A stretch of DNA of 64,000 bases, taken from NCBI GenBank assembly GCA_964016885.1, contig OZ024741.1:179242001-179306000 (forward strand), given 5' to 3'. Below the pieces are notes generated by a model. The model made no database searches and was not told the DNA's origin. It saw only the letters and a list, made by a program, of their open reading frames with translations. Both the position numbers and the translations under genes were made by a program. Source of the DNA: Eledone cirrhosa (Eukaryota). Of the stretch, positions 1 to 12,530 are shown piece by piece (position 1 is the first letter of the stretch; each line of letters begins with the position of its first letter).

Positions 1-1550
1 TCGCAGCAAAGACAGTAAAGGTGTCCAAAGTTAAGAGATGGGAGGAATTTGAGGTTAAGTTGGAATCCAACTTCAGGACACCAAAAAGAATGTTCTCGCA
101 GAACATCCGCCCTCTTCATAATAAGAATTCCTTTTCCACGCCCACTATCGGGAACGCGCCTGGGCGTTCTTCTCTCTTCAGAGAGATGCATCCTCGTGAA
201 GTGGAGAGAATACTTTGCCGATCTCCTAAATCCGATCACAACAGCATCTTCTGATGTAAACGAGGTGCATCTGGGAGTAATGACTAACCTCTCCGAGGCT
301 GAGGTCACAAGAGCAATTAAAGAGCTTAAATGTTGCAAGGCCACTAGGGAGGATGAAATTCGACTCGAGATGTTAAAAGCTTTAAATAGAGAAAATACTC
401 TCCCTGGCTGACTCGTGTCAGCCGAGGGAACTGGATCTCTGGAAAGGCACTTAAGGAATGGCAACCAAGAGTGATAATCCCAATCTTCAAAAAATGTGAC
501 AAGAGAGATTGTTCCAAGTATTGAGGAATCACCTTCTTAAGCCTCCTCGGTAAAGTCTATGCTAAGTGTCTTGGAAAGAGATGTAGGAAGATTGTCGAGT
601 CCAAGCTAGCTGATAAACAGTGTAATTTTCGCCCCGAACGTAGTACAACCGACCAAATATTTACACTGCAGCGAGTCTTTGAGAAATGGTGAGAGAATTG
701 CCACGAGGTGTATTCTCATTTTTAGACTTCAAAAAAGCATATGACCTCATTACACGAGACATGTTGTGGAAGGTTCCGCGGGAGAATGGGGCGGTGGACA
801 GCTTCTTGTTGCCCTGATGTCTCTATACGAATGCCCAAGTATTTGTGTTTGAATAAATGGTGCTAAATCGAAACAATTCAATGTGGTAGGTCAGACTCTG
901 CCAAGGGTACGTACTGTCAACACTCCTGTTCATAATCTTTATGGACATGATTGACGTGTGCAGCCGGGCTGGAAATGGTATCGAGACTGGCGGGTCTAGG
1001 ATCAGTCGGCTGGAATTTGCGGATGATATGATACTACTTAACTCGTCAGAAAGTGATCTCTGATGTGCTATTGATAGGTTTGCTGCCAAGTGCTGAACGA
1101 CAGGAATTAAAATCAGCGCTGCAAAGACTGAAACACTCATCCTCTCAAGAAAGCCTGCGCAGTGCTCTCTACATGTGAATGGATCTCTTCTGAAGTAGGT
1201 AGAAAAGTTAAAATATCTCGGTGCCGTGTTCACGAGTGGTGGAAGGCAAGAGACTGAATTAAGTGCAACAATTGCAGGAACTGGTGCAGAAATGCGTCAG
1301 AGTTAGCTTTGGTCATCGGAAGAAGGGAGGTGGGTGTAAAAGCTAAATTCGCAATCTTCAATTCGGTATTCACGCCAAGCCTTACCTATGGTGATGAATC
1401 TTGGGTAATGACCGAAAGAATACGATCGTGAATATAAGCGACCGAAATGGGATTCCTCCGAAGTGTCTTTGGAGTAACGTTACTCGGAGATCAGAAAGTC
1501 GCTCCAGGTAGAACCGCTACTTCACCGAATTGTAAGATCGCAGCTCCGAT
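1..1550 (+). pseudogene. Decayed RTE-clade LINE reverse transcriptase (ORF broken by stops/frameshifts)
   Basis: Frame-hopping translation gives RT motifs: WREYFADLLN, EDEIRLEMLKAL, GITFLSLLGKVYAKCL, FRPERSTTDQIFTLQRVFEK, DFKKAYD, EFADDMILL, KYLG, LTYGDESWVMT; runs off the window start. Confidence 0.9.
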
Positions 1551-1619
1551 CTTTTGTTGACCCGAAGTTGTGGTAGAAGAGGCTTTCCCAAGACACCGTG
1601 CTATTGGTATAGGACTACA

Positions 1620-2280
1620 TTTTACGATGTATACTGAATGGCGAATCTTCGCTTGCGAAGATCAGTGGGAAGAATTGTTGTCCTGTTCTGTGCGGTGCGG
1701 TGGCACGTCCTGGGGTGGCTGTAGAGGCCAATTCTGAACCTGCGGGCTTTGGTACAGTTGGGGCAAGTCTGTACTTTGTCATTGGGGATAGTGTGGTGGA
1801 CAGCTTTCTTCTTTGATGTTTGTCTTGGACCAGCTGGTGGATGAGTTGTCCGTCGTAGAAAACTGCCTGAAGTCGTCCATGCGCGAGACATGACCTGCCC
1901 AGCGAAGCTGTCTCATCATCAGTATGCTCTCAATACTTGTGATATCGGCCCCCTTGATAACTTCCTCGTTTGTTACATAATCCTGCCAATGGATGCCCAT
2001 GATGTAGCTTGATCTGCTTCCAGTACAGGACCAGCTTTCAGCTCCGTAGGAGAGGGTAGTGATTACAACAACTCTGTCAACTCTGACCTTTATAGTGAGG
2101 CGTAAAGAGTGCTTCTACCACACACGTTTCTACAAGCGTCCGAATGAGCTGCTGGACTTTAGCAAAGCGGTTATTAATGTCCTTTACTGAGGTAGCGTCG
2201 TTGGTGATGACACTTCCCAAGTATGTAAAGTGCTCCAATGCACTGAGGAGGTGCCCGTCGATGTTAATCTGCGGGTCCGT
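1620..2280 (-). pseudogene. 3' part of a second RTE (BovB-like) LINE
   Basis: Minus-strand translation INIDGHLLSALEHFTYLGSVITNDA, IHWQDYVTNEEVIKGADITSIESILMMRQLRWAGHVSRMDD and terminal Zn-finger-like CPNCTKARRFRIGLYSH. Confidence 0.88.
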
Positions 2281-3009
2281 TTTTAACGTTAGTGAGTGGA
2301 AAATATGACTGCTCTTTCTAACATGTCAAACGACCACGTAGTGGCTCCAATGACAATTACATTATATACTTAATCTTATATGTCAAATATGTAATAATAT
2401 AAAACTAAATCTCACATTCGTACAAAGCCATACATTTCTAGAGGATTACTATAGTTGATTCAATAAACCCCAGAATGTAGATGGCACTTGTTTAACAGCA
2501 ACATTAATAATGACTAGCAGAAAAACCACCCCTCGGGTGGTTTTCTGCTAGCATATATAGTGTGTATATTGATATTATACGCAAGTATATATACATGTAG
2601 ATATGATACATCAAATAAAATCGTAATTGACAATATACACAGGAATTGAACGAAGACTGCGTTACAGTCTCTTATGTAATCAGTAACGTAATCCATGGTA
2701 CATTAAAAAAAAGACGATATTATATATAAACTGCATTAGGAGAAAATTAGTGACGGAAACATATGAATGTTTATTAAAGTGATCGCTAACCGGAAGTGTT
2801 GACATTTGAAAATTTTAAAGAAGTGAATCTTAAAATAAGCAACAAAATTATTTATATTTAATCAAGAATAACGAAATTTAGTAGATAAATTATGTAATAT
2901 TCATTCATTATTTATTCAAAGTAATCCAGCTTATTTTACAAACGGGCTAAAAAATATATTCTGGACACATACCGCACTCCTTACTTTATTATAGTTTAGA
3001 TTTCTTATA

Positions 3010-3122
3010 TAGGCACAAGGCCAGTAATTTTTGGGGGGAGGGTAAAGTCGATTAAATCGACCCCAGTACGTTACTGGTGCTTTATTTTATCGACCCGGTA
3101 AGGATGAAAGGCAAAGTTTGAT
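3010..3122 (-). mobile_element. tRNA-derived SINE (abundant family), 3' portion
   Basis: Reverse complement of the conserved block TTTGCCTTTCATCCTTACxGGGTCGATAAAATAAAGxACCAGT...CTGGCCTTGTGCC. Confidence 0.8.
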
Positions 3123-4059
3123 CTATGAACACAAGTATAACGGTCTCTATTCCTCCTCAGAGTTAGTGTCGTGCCGCCCCTCATCCTTTACTGTCATTCC
3201 AAACTGTCACAGTTTAAGCTGAATTTCAAAGCCATCAGTCTTTCTGGTTGTCGAGAGCCTGTGAAGGCCATGGGCAATGTCTCTTCCTCCAGAGCTACCA
3301 AGTAAAAAATAGCTCTTAGTTCAATGATAAAGAATAACCTTATGTGTCAAACCAGGACTACGAATAAAGTACATGTTTTCACACGTTTATGGAATTATTT
3401 TAACGCATACCAATTATTGAATTTTTATGCGATACATCATTTAGATCATCGTAGTTGCTCCAAGGCCATTCATGCAAATAATTCCCCATCTCAAATATTT
3501 TGTTCACTCTTCTCTTGTGAACGAAGACGAATTGGCAGAGTCGTTAGGGCATAGATTAAATACCACAGTGTTTTTCGGTTGGTTTTTATCCTTTCAGAAT
3601 CGATAAATAAAGTACAAATCTATATCTGTGAATAACCGAATTTGCTAAAGAGTCAGACGAGATGCTTTGCGGTATCTCATCTGATTGTTAGTTCTGTGTT
3701 CAAATTCTGTCTCCTGTCTGTAGTTGCGACCAACAGATATATCTGATGGAAAAAAATAATAGAAATATTCTTTCTTTAGTCCGATATGAGGATCAGCTCC
3801 ATTCTTTTTTTTTCTCTTATGTAACTAATTTTATTCAGGATGACTCAAAACAAGCTGTCCCTGATCACGTTTGTGTCGCTGTATATTCATTTGATAACCT
3901 ATCAATCTTGAATTTATGGACATGGTGGATGAAAAGACAACAAGACCACAGTAGGAGCTCCAGCAATAGATATTCTATGTGAAACACTACTATAAGTGTG
4001 GCTCGTACAAACAGGTCCAGGAGTAATTTCATGCATTTTTTGGAAGGGACTAATATCGC

Positions 4060-5123
4060 TTCAAAGTCAATATACAAAACTGGGTGAAGAGGTTTGAGAC
4101 CTCTTACCTACCCTGGACGGCCCAAGAAGCGTGCACAGGATGTTATTGACATGGTACGAGAGTCTGTAGAACAGAGCCCAAAACGATCGTTGCGCAGAAG
4201 TCAATTCTTGGGCTCCTTCACAGACACTTGCAGAAGAATTGTTTAAAAGGATCTTAAAAAGTATACAGGGATAAATAAAATTTTACTGTAGCTAATACAA
4301 GAGAAAGGCTGTGGCTGAGAAAATGCTGGAGAAGATGGAAAACAACCCACATTTTCTGAATCTGCTGTGGACCCCTGATGAAGCCCACTTTCTCTTAGAG
4401 GGGAATATCAACTCTAAGAGAACAATGTGTTCTGGGGGTCACAGAAACCCACTGAAGTGGCTGTGAAACCTCTCCACTCAGCTAAATGTACCGCCTGGGG
4501 TGCCATTTCTGAGAGAGTGTTGATTGGCCCATTTTTCTTCAAAGTACATGGTGTCACTGCTACAGTCACAAATGAACGTTATGTTGAAGTCCTGGAAGAC
4601 TTCATCTATTATGAAGAAGTTCTGGGTCCAGTAAGACGCAGCAAACCCTCAAGATCCAATGAGTCGCGAGAATGGCTGATAAGTAAGTTTGGAAATCGTG
4701 TGATCAGTTTAAGATTGATTTTAAGTGGACTCCACACAGCCCTGATTTAAGCACATACACCCACACGCCCACACCCAGACTTTTTTCTTTGGGACTATCT
4801 GAAGGATAGGCTATATGTCAACAAACCCAGGACAAACACTTAACTAAAGAAAAACGTCAGGGAGGAGATCAGAGCCTTCCCTAGGTCAGTTTGTCAAGAC
4901 GTTATGCTAAACTTCACCATGTGTCTCAAAAATGCATGGATTCAAGTGGAGATCATTTAGAACACGTGCTGTAATTCTGGACAGAAACATGATATGGATT
5001 TTTTGATATGTTCTTTTTAATGGGCTGAATCAAATATGTTTGGAGTTTCATCCGTTTTTATCACAAAATGAATAATGTAGACAAAAATGAAATAAGGCCA
5101 GTTATTTTTTTAATCACACTGTA
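4060..5123 (+). mobile_element. Tc1/mariner-superfamily transposon remnant (transposase pseudogene with probable right TIR)
   Basis: LWTPDEAHFLLEG, PLHSAKCTAWGAISERVLIGPFFF, TVTNERY, WTPHSPDL..PDFFLWDYLKDRLYVNKPRT; ends ...AATCACACTGTA (CAGT/TA-type terminus); left TIR not seen. Confidence 0.85.
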
Positions 5124-5336
5124 TCCTCATTAACTTCTCTTTTTTTTTAATATATCTGTGACATGATCTTTGAGAGATTTTCTTTGTGTATTAGAACGAC
5201 GTTGTTTTGTTTGAAGCGACGTAAGCGACGTAAGCCTCGTTATTGTTATATCTATATTGATATCAACTTTCTCTATTCTGTTTGCTGGGATTCTACACGT
5301 CAGAGAGCTTTCTCCCACATTCCCAGGCATATATCA

Positions 5337-5337
<1 letters not shown>

Positions 5338-5426
<89 letters not shown>
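5338..5426. repeat. (CA)n microsatellite
   Basis: Direct reading. Confidence 0.99.
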
Positions 5427-5430
<4 letters not shown>

Positions 5431-6751
5431 TTGCTTTGTAGTGGACCACAGCTTACAAATCCATTTACCATATTGGATTGAAAAATTCAAATGGCATATT
5501 TAATTTGAAAGGTAAATTAATTAAAATTCGCTTATGAACGATGTACGACTTCAAAATGGATTCGACTAAAAAATATCAACCATGCATTTTAACATATGCT
5601 AGAAAGCGGAAACCATGAAATTACCCAGAGGTTTTAAATCATCAAACTACGAAATAGCTCAATTGTGAATAACTGGTACTTTGCATTACAGATACACCAA
5701 GAGTATTTCGTTTTGATACTTGATTTGGTAAATGAAATACCAATGGTATTTTTTTAACTCTTCTTGAGTACTAAAAAATGTATACTTCTTACTGAAGATG
5801 GCTTCAAGTTCGTTAGATTATTTTTTCTTCGCCAGCGCAATTTTTTTAGGTTTATCTAATGTCCATTTTCTTTTTCACATTCACCCTCTCTGAATTCTCA
5901 CACGTGATACAAACCTGCCAAACTCTAAAAACCCAAACGAGAAATTACATGAAAAGAAGTGTCCCAAAACGAAGAGAAATGAGCCAAAATGGAGAGATTT
6001 TATGTAATGAAAAGTATACCTATTTTCACAAGAGAAGAAGGCATATCTCACTCACGCCAAAGTGAGTGAGAGATCTTCCAGTTGGACGGGGAGAGTTGAC
6101 GGGTCTGGTGATACTACTTATGAAATGTTACAGTTTGCAAGTTTTGATCTTCAAGATGAGTGTTTTGATAAATTTTACACATCTTGTTGGTGTTGTTTTG
6201 CTTCGTTTTCTTTGTTTATCTTTTATAATCCTTCTCCATTATGACCGATTTGTGTGTCGTACTGTGTGGTTGAAATATGTGCAGCTGCCAGTCGAGCAGA
6301 ATGACCTTCTTATAAGCATTTGTGATAGATTACCGTGTTTGATGAATGATATTGTATCCAGCACATGTAGGGATACAAACTTTTAGCCCGTTGAAAGTCC
6401 GTGTTACAATAATAGATATTATTTGTATTATTTGGTTTGTGTCCTTTCTCGTCTCCGGACTATCTAAAAATTTGCTTTTATTCAATTTGTATGATACAGT
6501 AAATAGGATGGTAATGTTTTTAAAACCATTACAACCTTACATTTCCTCACAATTTCCACATCACTACATTTGTCACAACACTACAACCATCACAACACTA
6601 CAACCATAATAAAAGTACAACCATCACAACAATACAATTGTCATTACCACAACAATCACAATACATTTGTCATCACCACAATTATCACACTATTATAACC
6701 ATCACAGAGCAACATTTATCAACACTATAATTGTTACATCATTATTACTGT

Positions 6752-6945
6752 CAGTGGATTGGCAGTATGGTAGAGGGTCGGACGCCATGCTTTGCAGCAT
6801 GGAGTTACGGCCCTTTATGGTATAAGTTCAAATCCGGCCGAGGTTAACTTTGCCTTTCATCCTTACGGGGTCGATTAAATAAAGTACCAGTAGTAATACA
6901 CTAAGATAATTGCTGGCCTTGTGCCAAAAGTAGAAACAATGATTA
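6752..6945 (+). mobile_element. tRNA-derived SINE, near full-length
   Basis: A-box-like TGGCAGTATGGTAG, B-box-like GTTCAAATCC, central GCCTTTCATCCTTACGGGGTCGAT and 3' TTGCTGGCCTTGTGCCAAAAGTAGAAACAAT. Confidence 0.85.
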
Positions 6946-7073
6946 CTGTCATATAACATTTATCATCCCAATTGTCATATTACTACAACTATCGCAACAA
7001 CTACATTTGTCATCACCCCCAAATATCACATCACTACAGTCTATAATCATCACTACAGCCATCACAACACTAC

Positions 7074-7495
7074 AAATGTCACCTCACAACAACCACAACA
7101 CTACCTTAGTCATTACTAAAATGTCACCTCACAACAACCACAACACTACCTTAGTCATTACTAAAATGTCACCTCACAACAACCACAACACTACCTTAGT
7201 CATGACTAAAATGTCACCTCACAACAACCACAACACTACCTTAGCCATTACTATAAATGCCACCTCACAGCAACAATAACACTACCTTAGCCATTACTAT
7301 AAATGCCACCTCACAGCAACAATAACACTACCTTAGCCATTACTATAAATGCCACCTCACAGCAACAATAACACTACCTTAGCCATTACTATAAATGCCA
7401 CCTCACAGCAACAATAACACTACCTTAGCCATTACTATAAATGCCATCTCACAGCAACAATAACACTACCTTAGTCATTACTATAAATGTCACAT
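7074..7495. repeat. Minisatellite: ~4 x 45-bp units followed by ~5 x 46-bp variant units
   Basis: ATGTCACCTCACAACAACCACAACACTACCTTAGTCATTACTAAA then ATGCCACCTCACAGCAACAATAACACTACCTTAGCCATTACTATAA, head-to-tail with no spacers. Confidence 0.95.
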
Positions 7496-7616
7496 CACTT
7501 GATTACCCACTGCACTACATCGTCATAACTACAATTATTATCATTTCACTAATCATTATAATCGTCACAATACTATCAACCTCAGATACATTCCATTATC
7601 TGTGACCCCTCTAATA

Positions 7617-7802
7617 ATTGTTTCTACTTTAGGCACAAGGCCAGCAATTACCCAGTACATGACTGGTACTTTATTTTATCGACCCCGTAAGGATGAAAGG
7701 CAAAGTCAACCTCGGCGGGATTTGAACTCACATGGTAAAGAGACGTAACTTTGCTGGAAAGCATGGCGTCCGACCCTCCACCGATACTGCCAATTCACCG
7801 CC
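7617..7802 (-). mobile_element. tRNA-derived SINE, full-length
   Basis: Reverse complement of the 24470-24655 copy. Confidence 0.88.
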
Positions 7803-8009
7803 ATACATTTCCGCATGCAATTCAGGCGTTTCCTCACTGACCGCACAGAAAAATATTTACTGACTTCACCACCCTTACTAAGAGATTTGTCCGGTGGGTT
7901 GCTTCTTACTGCGTTACATGTTTCCAAAGCCACCCGTACATTGCTTGTACGCTGAGAGAAATAGATGTCATTTCTCAATTAATCCAGTACCGAATCAACT
8001 TTCTCAGTC

Positions 8010-8073
<64 letters not shown>

Positions 8074-8076
<3 letters not shown>

Positions 8077-8380
8077 TAAAAGGAAAAGAAAATGCTGACA
8101 AATTGTTCCCAGTGAAAAATAATTTAATTAGGAATAAGTAAAAACTAGTAATAAGTATTGGTTAGTATTGAGTTTTGGTTTTAAGTTTTTACCGGTTGCG
8201 CATTTCTAATGCTTTTCAAAAATAATTTTGAGATAGAGCGCCCGTGATGTTTGCTCTAATCTGATTAGTTTTGCAAATTCTACCTGTTTTATGTGAAAAA
8301 AGTGGCTCCAGATGTATTAAAATAAGTTTCGCGCCAATTTGTGTTGCAAAAATTCTTGTGGTCAAAACAATTTTATAAAT
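8074..8380 (-). mobile_element. (TA)n-embedded element with degenerate U3-A8 hammerhead (family D)
   Basis: Minus strand 8186-8223: UUGAAAA-GCAUU aga AAUGC-GCAA(GAAA mutated)-CCGG-UA; same architecture as 32531-32568. Confidence 0.55.
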
Positions 8381-8381
8381 A

Positions 8382-8714
8382 TATATCTAAATCATTTTTC
8401 TTTTATTCTGGTGATTATGATGAGGCACAACCTTGAAGAGACTTATTGGATCATATCGAACCCAGTACTTATTTTATCGATCTCTTTGTTATGAGACATG
8501 AACAAACAGTAAGCGTCAACGCATATAAACGATGGGCTTCCACACAGAATTCGTCTACAAAATTTAACTCACAAGTCAAACAAAAATGTTGGTATAAATC
8601 CCTTGGCAAAAGGGCCACGCAGTTAGACTGAACTCCAATCCCCGTTGTTAAGAAGCGATCTCTTTAATCTCACATATATAACTGCGTCTTTCTCTCTTGA
8701 TATATGTATGTATA

Positions 8715-8750
<36 letters not shown>

Positions 8751-8774
8751 CACACATATATACACATATATACA

Positions 8775-8810
<36 letters not shown>

Positions 8811-9259
8811 AAAATGTGTGTAATCCTTGGTAGTTAGGTATATATAGGGGGAAGAAAAAAATGGCTTCACTTGTGCTTTCAACAAATTTATTTTCTTCAC
8901 AAAATCCAAAAGGAATTTTTTTCCGGATTAGAAAAAATTTTTTTTTTTTAATTTTTATAAATTGAGTCGTTCAATTTATAAAATTTTTTTTTAAAGAATT
9001 TTTTCTAATCCGGAAAAAAATTATTTTTGGATTTTGTGAAGAAAATAAATTTGTTGAAAGCACAATTGAAGCCATTTTTTTCTTCCCCCCTGTCTTATAT
9101 ATATATATATATATATATATAGGAACCAGTAATATATATAGGAACCAGTAAGACCCCAAGACCGGGGTCTTACTGGTTCCTATTACCCACTCTACTACCT
9201 CAAGTATTGAGTACTTTGGTGCGTTATGGTCCACCTGGTTCCTTACCACATTTCCTTCG

Positions 9260-9316
<57 letters not shown>

Positions 9317-9337
9317 TGTATATATGTGTATATATGT

Positions 9338-9393
<56 letters not shown>

Positions 9394-9725
9394 AGAGAGA
9401 AAGACGCAGTTATATATGTGAGATTAAAGAGATCGCTTCTTAACAACGGGGATTGGAGTTCAGTCTAACTGTGTGGCCCTTTTGCCAAGGGATTTATACC
9501 AAAATTTTTGTTTGACTTGTGAGTTAAATTTTGTAGACGAATTCTGTGTGGAAGCCCATCGTTTATATGCGTTCTTCTCTGCATGTGTTGACGCTTACTG
9601 TTTGTTCATGTCTCATAACAAAGAGATCGATAAAATAAGTACTGGGTTCGATATGATCCAATAAGTCTCTTCAAGGTTGTGCCTCATCATAATCACCAGA
9701 ATAAAAGAAAAATGATTTAGATATA
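8382..9725. repeat. Nested inverted duplication: ~320-335 bp arms (8382-8700 / 9391-9725, plus adjacent TA tracts) around an inner ~120-bp-arm hairpin (8847-9090)
   Basis: Arms are near-exact reverse complements; the right arm has an extra ~17 bp (TTCTTCTCTGCATGTGT); inner hairpin loop GTCGT at 8966-8970. Confidence 0.92.
9121..9260 (+). mobile_element. (TA)n-embedded hairpin element, family B (short form)
   Basis: 20-bp-arm hairpin 9138-9183, then shared tail CCTATTACCCACTCTACTACC..AAGTATTGAGTAC..TGGTGCGTTATGGTCCA. Confidence 0.8.
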
Positions 9726-9819
9726 TAAAGATAGTGTCCCTCGACAACATATTTATATGTATAGGAAGAGCCCCAGCATGACCAATAAAAGAATATATAT
9801 ATGTGTGTGTATGTATATT

Positions 9820-10312
<493 letters not shown>

Positions 10313-10476
10313 AATTAAATTGAATTAAATTAAGGATGTCATGTCCGAGAGACATGCGCCATATCCACTGTAGTTACCTACATCGCTATGTGTGCTTACA
10401 CACTTTTACAAATTATTCCCTGTGATTATTTCATGTTTATTTTGGATATATATATATATGTCAGTCAATTTCTAGT

Positions 10477-10563
<87 letters not shown>

Positions 10564-10666
10564 TATATATATAAATATATATATAAATATATATATATAA
10601 ATATATATATAAATATATATATAAATATATAAATATATATATATATAAATATATATATATATAAAT

Positions 10667-10760
<94 letters not shown>

Positions 10761-10770
10761 GTGTGTGTGT

Positions 10771-10828
<58 letters not shown>

Positions 10829-11022
10829 TGTTATACTTGGGGAGGGTCATATTTTTGTAATAATATTGCCAGAATTAATAACAGAACACACTCACTGTTT
10901 CGTTGGTTTTCGCTTCTGTATCTTTTATATCAGTTAATTTATTCGGTCCTCAATGTTTACCATTGACTGACCAACGGTCAAAAATACAGATATAATATAG
11001 ACACAAACACATATATATTTAC

Positions 11023-11070
11023 TTTCCTCAGACGAAGAGATATTATCTCGAAATATCAAGATATATGAAT
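11023..11070 (+). ncRNA. Degenerate type I hammerhead-like motif
   Basis: CAGACGA (U4>A)-a-GAGAU auu AUCUC-GAAA-UAUC aa GAUA-UA; stem I poorly paired. Confidence 0.5.
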
Positions 11071-11161
11071 AAATTAAGGTAAAAGACTAATCGTCAGCGT
11101 TATCTCTTACATTTATATTCTATCTCCAAACCTGCATTGCTCTGGCCTTCTAACTCCAAAC

Positions 11162-11192
<31 letters not shown>

Positions 11193-11360
11193 CTATCCCG
11201 AGTTCAATCGGAGGTAACCACAGTAAGTAAGGTACTCAATACAAAGCAGAGTGTAGATATTTAATATAGAAAAGGCTTCTACAGGACTAGAACTGTTTCA
11301 TCCGGGGGAAATCAGCAGAAATCATCAGCGCTCCCTGATGATTTCTCCCGAATGAAACAT
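11193..11360 (-). mobile_element. (TA)n-embedded element, family A, with rearranged hammerhead and short inverted cap
   Basis: Shares AATCGGAGGTAACCACAGTAAGTAAGGTACTCAATAC and TTCTACAGGACTAGAACTGTTTCAT with 40603-40740; inverted CTGATGATTTCT..AATGAAACA at 11335-11359. Confidence 0.75.
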
Positions 11361-11368
11361 ATATAGAA

Positions 11369-11458
<90 letters not shown>

Positions 11459-12139
11459 TACCCCAGCATGGTCACAGTCTAATTACTTAAACCACTAAAA
11501 GAATGTACCACATCGTAGATATTTGAAATATTCTGTAATCTGGTGTTTCATCTTAGATCAACATTTAGCTGATTACTCTTTCCATTGGATTTGTTTCGGC
11601 TCTTCCCGCTCTTCCTTACTTTTCTAGTTGGATTTCCCCCCTTGAGATTGTGCGTGCAATCAAAAGAGCTGATCTATCTGCTCTCTTATTGGTGCTAATA
11701 GTATAGGTCGATTCTTCCATTATGTCTTTTCTTACTTCTTTTCTGTCACTCTCATTCTTCTCCGGAAGAAATCGAGTGTGTTCAGATCTGGAGAGAGAGT
11801 AGAGTCAGCCAGGTTACAAATGCCCAAGACATATGTGTATCACTACGACACCCCTACGACACCATCAGAAATTACGGGTTATGGAAGGATGAAAAGATCG
11901 CAGACGATTCTTTCCTGCTTCCACACTTCCTTTCTATCATTGTCTCTTCCAACATTTAGCTGTGTCACCGCTGTTATCTATATATTGTCCTTCCTTGCTG
12001 TTAGGTGTTTAGAGACAGGCAAATGCTTGCTTTTCCAAATCAACATCCAATTCCTCTGCAAGATTATGCAACAAGGGTGAAAATCAGTGAGTAGACTTTC
12101 ACGCCGTGTAACAACTTTAATCAGTATTGAAAACTTATG

Positions 12140-12173
<34 letters not shown>

Positions 12174-12289
12174 ACAGAAAAGACAATTCAAAGGACAGCC
12201 TTTAACAGACCTTGAAGCACTGCAAAATTTCATTGTCCAGCTGGGAAGATGCAACAAAGAACAGATAAATAGGTGCTTTCTTGCCACTC

Positions 12290-12530
12290 AGCATTTCCCG
12301 AGTTGTCTAAGCTTCGCTCAGATCAGGTCACCGTCAGCAGAAACAGATGCGTGTCCCAACAGTAGCACCAGCGACCACCATTTGGGCCACAAGCACAGGT
12401 TGTGTGCAGCATGTGCGGTCGGGATTGTAGGTCCCTTGTTGTGCGTTTCCCCCCATATACGAGCCTATCGCCAGCTGCCATGAAGAGAAACGTTATCGTC
12501 CATTTTGATAGACTACAAGGAAGGCGTTAG
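12290..12530 (+). pseudogene. RTE-like LINE extreme 3' end
   Basis: ...QVVCSMCGRDCRSLVVRFPHIRAYRQLP* resembles the RTE terminal CxxC-RxCxS-H zinc finger. Confidence 0.5.

Noticed and set aside
7074-7495. CRISPR-like regular repeats
   Set aside because: Units are contiguous with no unique spacers, there are no cas genes, and the context is eukaryotic
9030-9080. GTGAAGA...GAAAGC motif in the inner hairpin
   Set aside because: C3 and U16.1 are both wrong and there is no stem I pairing; not called as a ribozyme
11500-12110. Possible RTE remnant on the minus strand
   Set aside because: Too decayed to give unambiguous motifs by eye
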